Program-made: the position numbers and the translations under genes
Source: Opitutales bacterium
GTDB taxonomy: Bacteria > Verrucomicrobiota > Verrucomicrobiia > Opitutales > UBA2987
Assembly (NCBI GenBank): GCA_965226885.1
Contig: CBDDEL010000011.1
Location: forward strand, 256,001 to 320,000
Direction of reading: 5' to 3'
Length of the DNA stretch: 64,000 nucleotides
The notes under the pieces: generated by a model
The model's input: the letters and a program-made list of their open reading frames with translations, nothing else
What the model was told of the DNA's origin: nothing
Databases searched by the model: none
Shown: in pieces, positions 20,344 to 31,038 of the stretch
Position numbering within the stretch: the first letter of the stretch is position 1
How the letters are laid out: each line of letters opens with the position of its first letter

Positions 20344-20401
20344 TCCGTTATAGAGACCCACAGGCATGCAAGTGCAATCATGGGTCGATCTCGATAACGG
20401 A
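20344..20401 (+). promoter_or_regulatory. Long hairpin in the rpsO-pnp spacer (candidate RNase III site / pnp leader)
   Basis: tccgttat pairs with ataacgga and gaccca pairs with tgggtc. Confidence 0.5.
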
Positions 20402-20482
20402 TCAGCGTTACAAGGGTTATAACATCTGTCCGCAACCGCCCAGGCAATGCCAGGGGCCAATCGCATATACCAAAAATAAACA

Positions 20483-22804
20483 ATGATTAAGCAAAAATAC
20501 TCAGTAACAGTCGAAGACCTGGGAATCACTATTGAAACGGGCACCTTGGCCAAGCAAGCCGGCGGAGCCGTCACCATAATTGCCGGAGAAACGGTATTAT
20601 TCGTCGCCGCCACGGCGGCCAACAAGCTGCGGCCCGGGCAGGATTATTTTCCACTGGGAGTGGAATATAGAGAAAAGTTTTCCGCCGCCGGTCGTTTTCC
20701 CGGTGGCTATTTCAAGAGAGAAGGCCGGCCTTCCGAGCGGGAAATCCTGACTTGCAGGCTTTGCGACCGCCCACTGCGGCCGCTCTTCCCCAAGGGATTT
20801 ATGAATGAGGTGCAGGTCATTGGGCTGCTCCTTTCCACCGATCTGGTCAACGATTCGGATATTTTGATGGTCAATGGCGCTTCGGCGGCTTTGCTCATAT
20901 CGAACATTCCGTGGAATGGACCTGTGGGTTGTGTGCGGATTGGCCAAATCGATGGGAAATTTGTGGTCAACCCGACCAATGAGGAGCAATTCGCCTCCGA
21001 TCTCGATCTCGTTTATGTAGGCAATGCCAAAGAAATGATGATGATCGAGGGGAGCGCGGAGCAAATCCCGGAAGAACGTTTTCTCGAGGCCCTCGATTTT
21101 GCTCAGCAGCAGGTCGAGAAAATCATCAAGTCTCAACTGGAACTGGCCGCCATGTGCGCCAAACCGAAAAGAGAATTTGAACTTTATAATTGCGATGCCG
21201 ATTTTATGCAGCGTGTTCGCGAGGAGGTGGGGGATCGCCTCGTGGAAGCTGTATTCCAGTCGGATAAATTGCAGCGCGAGGCGTCCGTTGACGTGGTCAA
21301 GGACAGTGTGGGAGAGGTTCTCAAGGCAGAAATCGGGGAGGACGATTACGACTCGGACCAGCTCCGCATGGCTTTTGAAACGCTGGAGGAGGAAGTTTTT
21401 CGCAGTAATATTCTCAATGATGGCCGCCGGGTGGATGAACGTTCGGGCGAAGATTTACGGGAAATTGAATGCCAGACCGGTGTTATACCTCGGGTGCATG
21501 GTTCGGCCCTTTTTCAAAGAGGGGAGACGCAGACCATCGTCATCGGGACATTGGGAACGAGCAAAGACTCCCAGGACATGGATGGATTGACGGGCGGCGT
21601 CCGCTCCAAGTCATTTATCCTGCATTATAACTTTCCGCCCTATTCGGTGGGTGAAGCGGGCCGGTTTTTCGGACCGGGTAGACGCGAAATCGGGCACGGC
21701 GCACTGGCCGAACGTTCCCTTTTGCCGGTTCTGCCGACGGAGGAAGATTTTCCCTATTCGGTGCGGCTGGTATCGGAAATCATGGAGTCCAACGGCTCCA
21801 CCTCGATGGCCTCGGTTTGCGGCGGGTGCCTGGCCCTGATGGATGCCGGAGTGCCCATAACCGACATGGTGGCAGGGATATCCGTCGGTATGGTGACCGA
21901 ATCCGATGATTCCGGGAATATCGACAAGTACGTTCTTCTGACCGACATTATCGGAGCCGAGGACCATTTAGGCGACATGGATTTTAAAATCTGCGGCACA
22001 CGGAAGGGTATTACCGGTTTTCAACTGGACCTGAAAATCCATGGACTGCGGGCTGATATCGCCAAGGAAGCGATATTGCGCAACAGGGATGTCCGCATGA
22101 AAATTCTGGATGCTATGGCTGAGGAAATCGCCGAGCCGCGCAAGGAACTGAATGAACACGCCCCGCGCATCCACCAGATCATGATCGATCCGGAGAAAAT
22201 CGGAGCCCTCATCGGGCCAGGCGGGAAAAATATCCGCCGTATCACGGAAATCAGCGGTGCGCAGATCGATATCGACGACGATAACAGCGGAAAAGTGCTG
22301 ATTTATGCGACGAGCAAAGAATCCATGGACCGTGCGGTGGAAGAAGTCGAGCTATCCACCGGCGATATTGAGGTTGGAAAAATTTACAGCGGTATCGTTC
22401 GCGGAACCAAGGATTTCGGCTGTTTTGTGGAATGCCTGCCTGGCAAGGAAGGGTTGGTGCACATCTCCGAGCTGGCGGACTTTCGCGTCGAGAATGTTGA
22501 GGACGTTTGCAAAGTGGGCGACGAAATGTGGGTCAAATGCATTGATGTGGATGATCGCGGGCGCGTGCGCCTGAGCTGCCGCATTGCCATGGCGGAACGA
22601 GAGGCCATTGAAAAAGGTGAACCGATTCCTGTCTTTGAACTGCCACCTCGCAGGGAAAGCCGCCCACCCCGGCGGGATGACCGCAGAGGCGGCCGCGATG
22701 GCGGCAGGGGCCGTGATGGTGGAAGAGGCCGCGATGGCGGCCGAGGCCGCGACGGTGGTAGAGGCCGCGATGGCGGCGGGGAACGCAGACGCTACAATGA
22801 TTGA
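20483..22804 (+). CDS. pnp: Polyribonucleotide nucleotidyltransferase (PNPase)
   Basis: Motifs [36 protein letters not shown] and GDMDFK; KH and S1 domains; follows rpsO. Confidence 0.98.
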   Translation: MIKQKYSVTVEDLGITIETGTLAKQAGGAVTIIAGETVLFVAATAANKLRPGQDYFPLGVEYREKFSAAGRFPGGYFKREGRPSEREILTCRLCDRPLRPLFPKGFMNEVQVIGLLLSTDLVNDSDILMVNGASAALLISNIPWNGPVGCVRIGQIDGKFVVNPTNEEQFASDLDLVYVGNAKEMMMIEGSAEQIPEERFLEALDFAQQQVEKIIKSQLELAAMCAKPKREFELYNCDADFMQRVREEVGDRLVEAVFQSDKLQREASVDVVKDSVGEVLKAEIGEDDYDSDQLRMAFETLEEEVFRSNILNDGRRVDERSGEDLREIECQTGVIPRVHGSALFQRGETQTIVIGTLGTSKDSQDMDGLTGGVRSKSFILHYNFPPYSVGEAGRFFGPGRREIGHGALAERSLLPVLPTEEDFPYSVRLVSEIMESNGSTSMASVCGGCLALMDAGVPITDMVAGISVGMVTESDDSGNIDKYVLLTDIIGAEDHLGDMDFKICGTRKGITGFQLDLKIHGLRADIAKEAILRNRDVRMKILDAMAEEIAEPRKELNEHAPRIHQIMIDPEKIGALIGPGGKNIRRITEISGAQIDIDDDNSGKVLIYATSKESMDRAVEEVELSTGDIEVGKIYSGIVRGTKDFGCFVECLPGKEGLVHISELADFRVENVEDVCKVGDEMWVKCIDVDDRGRVRLSCRIAMAEREAIEKGEPIPVFELPPRRESRPPRRDDRRGGRDGGRGRDGGRGRDGGRGRDGGRGRDGGGERRRYND

Positions 22805-22866
22805 TTCCCGGTCTCTGTTTTCATAAGCGATAAGGGCGATGAGGTGAGTCCGCATCGAACCATGGC

Positions 22867-23640
22867 ATGGCCAAACCAAGGGCATTACTGACCAATGACG
22901 ACGGTATTTCCTGCCGGTTTCTACAGGTATTTGTCGAGGCATTAGCGGAAGTATTCGATCTGAGCGTGGTTGCCCCCAGCGATGAAAAAAGCTGGATCGG
23001 CAAGGCCATGAGCCGGATCGGCCAAGTCGCCGTGAAGCCTTATGAGGGGTTGAATTGCCCTGCCTGGTCTGTCAACGGCACACCGGCGGACTGCGTCAAT
23101 CTGGCGTTGGGCAATCTCTTGTCGCGAAAACCCGACATTGTTATTTCCGGCATCAACATCGGGTTGAATACGACGTTGCCCATGATTCTGTCCTCGGGCA
23201 CGGTGGCAGGCGCCCTCGAAGGGGCCTGCTGGGGTCTTCCGGCGCTGGCTTCGTCTTTGGCCGTCCCCAACGATCTTTACCAGGAACTTAAGAAAAACGG
23301 TGGACGAATGGGTGGCGAAAAAGAAGATTCCTTACGGATCGCAGCCGAAGTTTCCGCCAAAATGGCCACAGATGTGCTCGATGCCCCGCAGGAAGATTTT
23401 ACCGTCCACAATGTGAATTTTCCCCTCCCAGTGAGGCCGGACACGCCGGTTGAGCGAACGGCACCCGCGCCTAACCGGATCGGCAGTCTGTTCCGGGAAA
23501 CAGGTGAAGGTATATTTGAGTTTCGTTTTCAGCATGGCCCATTGAGGGGAACGGATGCTTTGCTCAGCGATTGGGATTGTCTGAAAATGCGGCGGATCAG
23601 TTATTCGGTTCTACGCTTTGCCAATCTTGGAAGCGAATGA
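22867..23640 (+). CDS. surE: 5'/3'-nucleotidase SurE
   Basis: Motifs LLTNDDGI, GTPADCV, ISGINIG.N and SSGTVAGALEG. Confidence 0.93.
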   Translation: MAKPRALLTNDDGISCRFLQVFVEALAEVFDLSVVAPSDEKSWIGKAMSRIGQVAVKPYEGLNCPAWSVNGTPADCVNLALGNLLSRKPDIVISGINIGLNTTLPMILSSGTVAGALEGACWGLPALASSLAVPNDLYQELKKNGGRMGGEKEDSLRIAAEVSAKMATDVLDAPQEDFTVHNVNFPLPVRPDTPVERTAPAPNRIGSLFRETGEGIFEFRFQHGPLRGTDALLSDWDCLKMRRISYSVLRFANLGSE

Positions 23641-23763
23641 GGAAAACCGATAGCCTCTTAGGCGTGGCCCTGGGCGGAAATTTTTTCAGGTTGGAAACAC
23701 TGACATGAACTTTGTCTGAAATAAGTCCGACATAAGGCTTGATTTAGCGCTCCGATAAACCTA

Positions 23764-26700
23764 TTGCCATTGCGCATGGTTTTACCCTACCTGCGCCTGC
23801 GTCCCGGTTTCCTGATTGGCCTGTCTTTCGCGATTGCTCTTGCGGCCCTCCTATTTGGCCAGGAGGACGAAAATCCGACGGAGATAAAGGAGGAAAAGGA
23901 TTGGGTGGGCTGGTGGGTTATTTACCAGCCCGACGGGGATACCCTTTATATTAACGTTAAAACGCAAAACAGGACTTCCAGCTTTTTTTCCGGAGAAGGG
24001 AGCAACAGGGTTGAAAAGGGCGAATGGAAGTATGAGGGAAACCGTATCGTCCTGAATTGGGAAGGCGGTTTCAAAGATGTCCTGGCGTCGAATTCCGGTC
24101 AGTATTTGTATTATACTTTTCCGCCGGCAGCAACGCCTGATATTTCCGGGTCGGGGGGACTATTGGCCCGCCGGCTGCAAAAAGAACGCATCGGCAGTTT
24201 GCAAATACCGGAAGGAGTCGATCTTTCGGAAACCTTCGCCCGGGAAAAGGGAATGCCGCCCGACCGGAGCGAATACATTGGGTTTTGGACGGAACAATCG
24301 AGCGGCGGCGGCACCTCTTACCTCTACCTCAAACGAGGCGGAAAAGCTACCAGAGCCATCCCCGGCCGACGCGATACCGATATAGAGTCGGGGAACTGGA
24401 TGATCGAAGGGGAAAATGCTTATATCGTCTGGAACGATGGAAGCAGGGATTTCATTGGTAAAAACAACGATGGCTACACCCTTCGCGGGTCCGTCGGAAG
24501 TGGGAGAGAATACGATACCCGTTTAGAAAAAACGGAAGCCTCCAGCGCGAGGGAACATCTCAATATTTCCTTTGGTCCTGCCGCCACAACGGAGGATTTT
24601 CTCGGTTATTGGGCAATGAAAGACCAAAATGGTGACCCCTATTACATTGAAGTGGGACACTGGAGCCAGGCCATCCGCTATATTGAAACTGAAAACAGCG
24701 GCATCATTAAAGAAACAGGTCGCTGGACGATGCTGAGCAATGGAGTGCATATAACCTGGGAAGACGGCACCCAGGACACCTTGCGGATTACACCCCAAGG
24801 CATCAAATTATCCTCTTTTGCCCCCGACGCCTCAATCACCGGAATTCCCCTCAGCGAAATCCCCGCGGACCTAACCTCGAATGAAAAATTCGAAGAATTT
24901 GAAGACACCGTTGATGAAAAGCGGCTGAAAATAAGAAGGGCGGAACTGGCCTTGCTGAGGGCCAAGAATGAGGCTGAAAAGAAAGCCGTGGAAGAAGCCC
25001 GTCGCCAAGCGCAAGAAGAAGCGCGCGCCCGGGCGCTGGCTGGGGCCCGCCGCCAGGCGGAAGAAGAAGCGCGTCGATTGGCGGAAGAAGATGCCCGTAT
25101 AAAAGCACGTGAATTGGCTCAGCAAAAAGATAACCAGGAAAAGAAACGGATAGCCGAGGAAAAATCCCGGCGCAAGGCGGAGGCGCTGGAGCGCAAGCGC
25201 GCCCTGGCCGAAGTACAGCGCAAGGCGAAGGAAGAAGCGCGTCGATTGGCCGAACTGAAAGCCGCCCAACGCAAAGCGGAAGAGGAAGCGCGTCGATTGG
25301 CCGAACTGAAAGCCGCCCAACGCAAAGCGGAAGAGGAAGCGCGTCGTTTGGCCGAACTGGAATCCCAGCGCAAGGCGAAGGAAGAAGCGCTTCGATTGGC
25401 CGAACTGGAGACCCAGCGCAAGGCTAAGGAAGAAGCGCGTCGTTTGGCCGAACTGGAATCCCAGCGCAAGGCGAAGGAAGAAGAGCGTCAATTGGCTGAA
25501 TTAGAAGCGCTACGTAAAAAAGCACAGGAAGACACTCGCCGGTTGGCCGAACTGGAAGCCCAGCGCAAAGCGGAAGAAGAGCGGCGATTGGCTGAAATGG
25601 AAGCGCTGCGCAAGAAAGCGGAAGAGGACGCTAGCCGAATGACCGAACTGGAAGCGCAACGCAAGGCGGAGGAAGAAGCGCGGCGGTTGGCGGAGCTGGA
25701 CGCTCGCCGATTGGCTGAACTGCAAGCGCATCGCAAAGCGGAGGAAGAAGCGCGGCGGCTGGCGGAACTGGACGCCCGCCGGTTGGCCGAACTGGAAGCC
25801 CAGCGCAGGGCGGAGGAAGAAGCCAAACGGTTGGCGGAGGCCCAAGCGCGAGCAGAGCGGGAAGCCCAGCCTTCAGCGCCCGGCCACTTGCCCATTATTC
25901 CATCGGCCCCACCAGTTGTCGGCAGCCAAATTGCGGCCGGAGCAGAAGTCTGGCAAGTCCACGATACCGATGGAGATCCGTTTAAAATTGTTTTGAATCC
26001 CGATGGATCGGCCATCAGCACATGGGCAAAAAGCCTGGCCGGTCGAAAGGGCCAGGTGGGCCGTTGGAAAGAGGTTAAAGCGGGCAGACAAATGGGCAAG
26101 CAAATCGATTGGATCGAAGGCGGCACCTATGTCATCGCTTCAACTAAAAAAGGTTATCAATTGAGTGCCTATTCCTCCAGCAATACCAAAGGCACGAAGG
26201 GACGCCCTGTATCCGGGGCCGAACAAACCGATGGCTCATTAGTGGAATTGTGGGATGTCGTTTTCGGTGATGAGTTTGAGGGATCCACTCTCGACACGGC
26301 CAAATGGAATACCAAATTTCCCTGGAGCCAAATCATCAATAATGAGGTGGGAGGCTATAACTCCGATAGTGTCAACATTGCCGACGGCAACCTTGTTCTG
26401 ACCGCGACCCAGTCAGCAATCAACTATGGGGGGCAAGAGCTGGGCTATACCACCGGAGCGATCAATACTTACAACCTTTTCGAGCAGGCTTACGGTTATT
26501 TTGAAATCCGGGCCAAAGTTCCGGAAGGCAGAGGCCTTTGGCCCGCTTTCTGGTTATTCACTAGAAACGGTCCACCCGAAATTGACGTGCTAGACGTGCT
26601 CAGCGGTGAGCCTGACCGAGGCCACTTCAATTCCATTTATCTCGAACCGGGCGGTGGCACGGGCAAACAAAATGCTTCCCATAAGGGCATCGATTTTTCG

Positions 26701-26922
26701 CGCAGTTTCCATACCATAGGGCTGGAGTGGTCGCCCGGCGCCCTCATCTATTATATCGATGGCAAAGAGGTAAACCGTTTCACCCTCCACATACCCAATC
26801 AACCTATGTTCCTGGTGGCCAGTTTGGCAGTTGGTGGCGATTGGCCCGGCCCGGTGAGCGGTTGGACGGCCTTTCCGGCCCGTATGCAAATCGATTTTAT
26901 ACGGGTCTATAAACGCCGCTGA
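23764..26922 (+). CDS. Secreted multidomain protein: repeated Trp-rich beta modules, a long E/R/K/A helical stalk and a C-terminal GH16 domain
   Basis: Hydrophobic N-terminal signal-like stretch; EAQRKAEEEARRLAEL repeats; GH16 motifs FGDEFEG, YGYFEIRAKVP, GLWPAFW, EIDVLD and MQIDFIRVY. Confidence 0.85.
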   Translation: MPLRMVLPYLRLRPGFLIGLSFAIALAALLFGQEDENPTEIKEEKDWVGWWVIYQPDGDTLYINVKTQNRTSSFFSGEGSNRVEKGEWKYEGNRIVLNWEGGFKDVLASNSGQYLYYTFPPAATPDISGSGGLLARRLQKERIGSLQIPEGVDLSETFAREKGMPPDRSEYIGFWTEQSSGGGTSYLYLKRGGKATRAIPGRRDTDIESGNWMIEGENAYIVWNDGSRDFIGKNNDGYTLRGSVGSGREYDTRLEKTEASSAREHLNISFGPAATTEDFLGYWAMKDQNGDPYYIEVGHWSQAIRYIETENSGIIKETGRWTMLSNGVHITWEDGTQDTLRITPQGIKLSSFAPDASITGIPLSEIPADLTSNEKFEEFEDTVDEKRLKIRRAELALLRAKNEAEKKAVEEARRQAQEEARARALAGARRQAEEEARRLAEEDARIKARELAQQKDNQEKKRIAEEKSRRKAEALERKRALAEVQRKAKEEARRLAELKAAQRKAEEEARRLAELKAAQRKAEEEARRLAELESQRKAKEEALRLAELETQRKAKEEARRLAELESQRKAKEEERQLAELEALRKKAQEDTRRLAELEAQRKAEEERRLAEMEALRKKAEEDASRMTELEAQRKAEEEARRLAELDARRLAELQAHRKAEEEARRLAELDARRLAELEAQRRAEEEAKRLAEAQARAEREAQPSAPGHLPIIPSAPPVVGSQIAAGAEVWQVHDTDGDPFKIVLNPDGSAISTWAKSLAGRKGQVGRWKEVKAGRQMGKQIDWIEGGTYVIASTKKGYQLSAYSSSNTKGTKGRPVSGAEQTDGSLVELWDVVFGDEFEGSTLDTAKWNTKFPWSQIINNEVGGYNSDSVNIADGNLVLTATQSAINYGGQELGYTTGAINTYNLFEQAYGYFEIRAKVPEGRGLWPAFWLFTRNGPPEIDVLDVLSGEPDRGHFNSIYLEPGGGTGKQNASHKGIDFSRSFHTIGLEWSPGALIYYIDGKEVNRFTLHIPNQPMFLVASLAVGGDWPGPVSGWTAFPARMQIDFIRVYKRR
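24918..25869 (+). repeat. Coding degenerate repeats (mostly 16-17 aa units) forming a charged helical linker
   Basis: Recurrent DNA gaagaagcgcgtcgattggccgaactg with synonymous variation, all in frame. Confidence 0.9.
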
Positions 26923-26945
26923 GCTGTGAGCTGAATGTTATCTAA

Positions 26946-28076
26946 TACCAAATCGCAAAAGGATTGATAAAGATTAAAAAACAGCTATAAAGGCGGAATG
27001 AGAAGATATATGGGAACCGATGAAGACCGTGAACGTATCAAGAAATTGCTCAACAAAGAGGCTGTCGGCTGGCGTAAAGAGCGTTTGGTGGCATTAAAAA
27101 TGGGCTTCCAGCCGCACCACAGCATTGATGAAATTGGAGCCATCGTGGGCCGAGGCAAAGCGACGATCCAGCGTTGGTTTGACAAATATCGTGCTGCAGG
27201 GCTCGGGGCGGTGCTTACACGCGCCTACAAAGGCGGGATCAAAAGCCGTTGCGACAAAGAGGTGGAGGCCTTCTTGCTCAATGGTTTGAAGGTCGCGCGC
27301 TGGAACACAGCCGTTCAGGCGGGGCAAGAGCTGGAGCGACATTTCGGGCGCTCCTTCGCCTACAAGACGGTGTGGCGATGGCTAAAAAAATGCGCCGGGG
27401 TGCTTCGAGTCCCTCGCCCCGTGCATGAGAAACGGGACTCGGCAAAAGCGGAAGCGTTCAAGCGAGACTTTTTTAAGATCCTCCAGGAGCTTTCCCTCAC
27501 CCGAGGCAATCGGGTTCGGGTGTGGTTTGCCGATGAAAGCCGTTTTGGTTTGCTTCCGGTGTACCGCCGGTGCTGGACGCAAAGAGGGCTTCGGCCGCAC
27601 AAAAAATATCAGACAAGATACCAGTGGAGCTACTGTTACGGAGCCCTCGACGTGGTCAACGGCGAGATGGTATGCATCCAAACCCCTAGCACGAATCTAC
27701 AGTGGACGGAGGCTTTCCTCCAACAGATCAAAAAGCAATATCCTGAGGAGGAACATGTGGTTGTATGGGACGGGGCAGGCTTCCATCCGCACGACTCGGA
27801 GCACCCCAACGTCCCCCCGGGCATACATATCGTGAATTTGCCGCCGTATAGTCCTGAACTCAACCCGATTGAAAGACTTTGGGATATGATACAGGATCAA
27901 ACGGCCAACAAACTGTGGCCGAGCATTGAGCGACTCGAAGAAGTCGTCGCAACCCATCTCAAAGACTGGTGGGAGGACACTGAAAAAGTCCTCTCTTTAG
28001 TTGGCGGAGGCTGGCAGCACATTCAAGCAAACGCTTCTGCCAAATAACTTATTATCATACCTAATGAGATTTGGTA
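26946..28076 (+). mobile_element. IS630-family element copy 1, complete
   Basis: Ends taccaaatc / gatttggta; flanks taa and tta. Confidence 0.9.
26998..28047 (+). CDS. IS630 transposase
   Basis: Motifs FADESRFG, VWDGAGFH and LPPYSPELNPIE. Confidence 0.93.
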   Translation: MRRYMGTDEDRERIKKLLNKEAVGWRKERLVALKMGFQPHHSIDEIGAIVGRGKATIQRWFDKYRAAGLGAVLTRAYKGGIKSRCDKEVEAFLLNGLKVARWNTAVQAGQELERHFGRSFAYKTVWRWLKKCAGVLRVPRPVHEKRDSAKAEAFKRDFFKILQELSLTRGNRVRVWFADESRFGLLPVYRRCWTQRGLRPHKKYQTRYQWSYCYGALDVVNGEMVCIQTPSTNLQWTEAFLQQIKKQYPEEEHVVVWDGAGFHPHDSEHPNVPPGIHIVNLPPYSPELNPIERLWDMIQDQTANKLWPSIERLEEVVATHLKDWWEDTEKVLSLVGGGWQHIQANASAK

Positions 28077-28274
28077 TTAGAGGCTGTCCCAAAAGGGTGA
28101 TTTTTGCGAGGGCTTTTGATAGGCGCTCATTTTAGAGGTATTTGCATTTGGGAGAGTATCAACTTTGCTCTCCTATGACGTTAGGATACTGGTTTTGGGG
28201 TCCGGTTGCCTGGTTTTCTTTGTATGAGCCGACAGTAAGGCTGTGAAAAAGTATTGTCCTTGCTTTTCCGCTCT

Positions 28275-29756
28275 CTAGGCCGCCGCTTTGGTTTTTAGTT
28301 CGTCTTGCTGGGCCAGCATCTTGGCTACTTTCCATAGGTTGTGCGAGAGTACCGACCAGGCTACGCTGATCGAGCGGTTGGCAAAGCCTTTGCTGCGCAA
28401 CCGCCCGGCCTGCCAGCGATTCTTCAATACCCCGATCCGCCCTTCGGTGCTGGCCCGGCGCTTTTGCAATTGCCTGAACAGTGGTTCCTCCATCCGTTTT
28501 TTCAACTGCTTCGGATCGCGTGGACAGAGCGCGTCGTAGATTCCCTCCTGGGCTAACTGCCGGCGGGCCCGCTGGGAGGCAAATCCCCGGTCCGCGCACA
28601 TGGCCGCTATGGGTTCTTCCAGGTTGAAGCGGTTCTGTCTTTGCAAACTCTCTTGCATTTGTTCATTTTCGCTTGGAGTTCGGCTGCCGTAGAGTTTCCA
28701 GTCCAGCAGGTACCCTTCAACGCTTTCTCCCAAAAACAGGGTGTTGCCGAACTCGACCTCTTGGCCCGCTTTACCTCGCACAATCACCTGCCCATCGAGT
28801 TCGTAGACACTCAAGACTTTCTCTGCGTTTTTCACCTGGCGGCCGCCAATGATCCGCTCGTGCGCCTGTTTGATGACCACCGGGATTTGCTCGCTCATGC
28901 GCTCCATCCGGGCGAGGATCTGTTGGACCTGTTTTTCGCTGTAATCGCTTTGCTCCCAGCAGGCTTGCAATAATTCCCGGTGACTGCGGGCATGCTCCCC
29001 GATCCGTTTGAGCAGCTTTTTCATCTGCCTCAAGATACCCTTGCGCTGCCGCGCGCTGTCTTTTCGCCGCCGGCTGTGGGTCATCTGTATGCACAGCCGA
29101 TTCATCTGCCGAGCCAAGGGCTCCGGTTCGATCGGCATGCGATGGCGCAAACCGGCCTTCTCGCGGATCAGCCGGATCGCTTTGAGCAACGTGCCGGCTA
29201 CATCCTTGAGTAATACCCAGTCCGTCGGCCAATGAATGTTAGCCTCCAAACAGGTGCCGTCGATCAGGCAAATGGTGGGGTCAATCGGCTTGTCCAATCC
29301 CACCTGCCGGGCCAGAAGGGCATCGCCCACCACCTCAGTCAAGGTCCGGTGCAAGGCCCTCAACTGCTCTTCGCTGAAAAACTTCGAGGCCCGCTCCAGG
29401 GTGCTTCTGGAGATGCCCCTGATGCCATCGATCTGCCGGACACGGCAAAAGTCGGCCAACAGATCGCTGCTGCCCAGAGCCCGCGACAAATGCCGAAACG
29501 AAATCCCTCCGAGCAGACGGCCCAGCGTATCCATGCGCAGTGCCTTGATGGCAAAACTGGCCCGCTGCCGCCGGGCCTTTAGACCCATTGGCGGCCACCC
29601 CTCCAAGGCCAGCTCAATGGCCTGCGATTCCACCTCCGAGTCGATCAGCAGCCGATCGATTCGATCAATGGTGGCGCGGAAGTTATCGTAATCGAGGCAC
29701 CGGTCGACCACAGTTAAAGCTGGACGCAGGAGGCATTGGATGGCTATATTTTTCAT
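28275..29756 (-). CDS. ISNCY/IS5-like transposase (intact frame, separated from its left end)
   Basis: Near-identical to 6230-7711. Confidence 0.88.
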   Translation of the reverse strand: MKNIAIQCLLRPALTVVDRCLDYDNFRATIDRIDRLLIDSEVESQAIELALEGWPPMGLKARRQRASFAIKALRMDTLGRLLGGISFRHLSRALGSSDLLADFCRVRQIDGIRGISRSTLERASKFFSEEQLRALHRTLTEVVGDALLARQVGLDKPIDPTICLIDGTCLEANIHWPTDWVLLKDVAGTLLKAIRLIREKAGLRHRMPIEPEPLARQMNRLCIQMTHSRRRKDSARQRKGILRQMKKLLKRIGEHARSHRELLQACWEQSDYSEKQVQQILARMERMSEQIPVVIKQAHERIIGGRQVKNAEKVLSVYELDGQVIVRGKAGQEVEFGNTLFLGESVEGYLLDWKLYGSRTPSENEQMQESLQRQNRFNLEEPIAAMCADRGFASQRARRQLAQEGIYDALCPRDPKQLKKRMEEPLFRQLQKRRASTEGRIGVLKNRWQAGRLRSKGFANRSISVAWSVLSHNLWKVAKMLAQQDELKTKAAA

Positions 29757-29780
29757 AGAAAGGGCTACATCCTTGAGTAA

Positions 29781-30918
29781 TACCAAATCTCATTAGGTAT
29801 GATAATAAGTTATTTGGCAGAAGCGTTTGCTTGAATGTGCTGCCAGCCTCCGCCAACTAAAGAGAGGACTTTTTCAGTGTCCTCCCACCAGTCTTTGAGA
29901 TGGGTTGCGACGACTTCTTCGAGTCGCTCAATGCTCGGCCACAGTTTGTTGGCCGTTTGATCCTGTATCATATCCCAAAGTCTTTCAATCGGGTTGAGTT
30001 CAGGACTATACGGCGGCAAATTCACGATATGTATGCCCGGGGGGACGTTGGGGTGCTCCAAGTCGTGCGGATGGAAGCCTGCCCCGTCCCATACAACCAC
30101 ATGTTCCTCCTCAGGATATTGCTTTTTGATCTGTTGGAGGAAAGCCTCCGTCCACTGTAGATTCGTGCTAGGGGTTTGGATGCATACCATCTCGCCGTTG
30201 ACCACGTCGAGGGCTCCGTAACAGTAGCTCCACTGGTATCTTGTCTGATATTTTTTGTGCGGCCGAAGCCCTCTTTGCGTCCAGCACCGGCGGTACACCG
30301 GAAGCAAACCAAAACGGCTTTCATCGGCAAACCACACCCGAACCCGATTGCCTCGGGTGAGGGAAAGCTCCTGGAGGATCTTAAAAAAGTCTCGCTTGAA
30401 CGCTTCCGCTTTTGCCGAGTCCCGTTTCTCATGCACGGGGCGAGGGACTCGAAGCACCCCGGCGCATTTTTTTAGCCATCGCCACACCGTCTTGTAGGCG
30501 AAGGAGCGCCCGAAATGTCGCTCCAGCTCTTGCCCCGCCTGAACGGCTGTGTTCCAGCGCGCGACCTTCAAACCATTGAGCAAGAAGGCCTCCACCTCTT
30601 TGTCGCAACGGCTTTTGATCCCGCCTTTGTAGGCGCGTGTAAGCACCGCCCCGAGCCCTGCAGCACGATATTTGTCAAACCAACGCTGGATCGTCGCTTT
30701 GCCTCGGCCCACGATGGCTCCAATTTCATCAATGCTGTGGTGCGGCTGGAAGCCCATTTTTAATGCCACCAAACGCTCTTTACGCCAGCCTCTTTGTTGA
30801 GCAATTTCTTGATGCGTTCACGGTCTTCATCGGTTCCAATATATCTGTTCCAATATATCTTCTCATTCCGCCTTTATAGCTGTTTTTTAATCTTTATCAA
30901 TCCTTTTGCGATTTGGTA
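29781..30918 (-). mobile_element. IS630 copy 2, with a frameshifted transposase 5' end
   Basis: Same IRs as copy 1, flanks taa/taa; a 14-bp duplication (30833-30860) and a 7-bp deletion relative to copy 1 give a net +7 bp. Confidence 0.9.
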
Positions 30919-31038
30919 TAACTCAATTATAGAACCCTTTTTTGGCCGGATCGAGCAAAAACTTGCTCTTTCCGGCTCTTTTTATCAACGTCATCCAGTT
31001 GACTATAAAATCTTTATATTTTTGGGACAGCCTCTATC

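Larger units (their letters stand above)
28080..31034 (-). mobile_element. ISNCY/IS5-like copy 2, with its 5' non-coding end interrupted by IS630 copy 2
   Basis: IRs at 28080 and 31020-31034; flank tatctta at 31035-31041, and the left copy of this TSD is split by IS630 copy 1. Confidence 0.88.

Noticed and set aside
24918..25869. Regular DNA repeats resembling a CRISPR or other non-coding array
   Set aside because: The units are degenerate, in frame, lack unique spacers and encode a helical linker; no cas genes are present
29757..29786. N-terminal extension MVLLKDVALS on the ISNCY transposase
   Set aside because: It is created by the junction patch and the IS630 end; the true start matches copy 1
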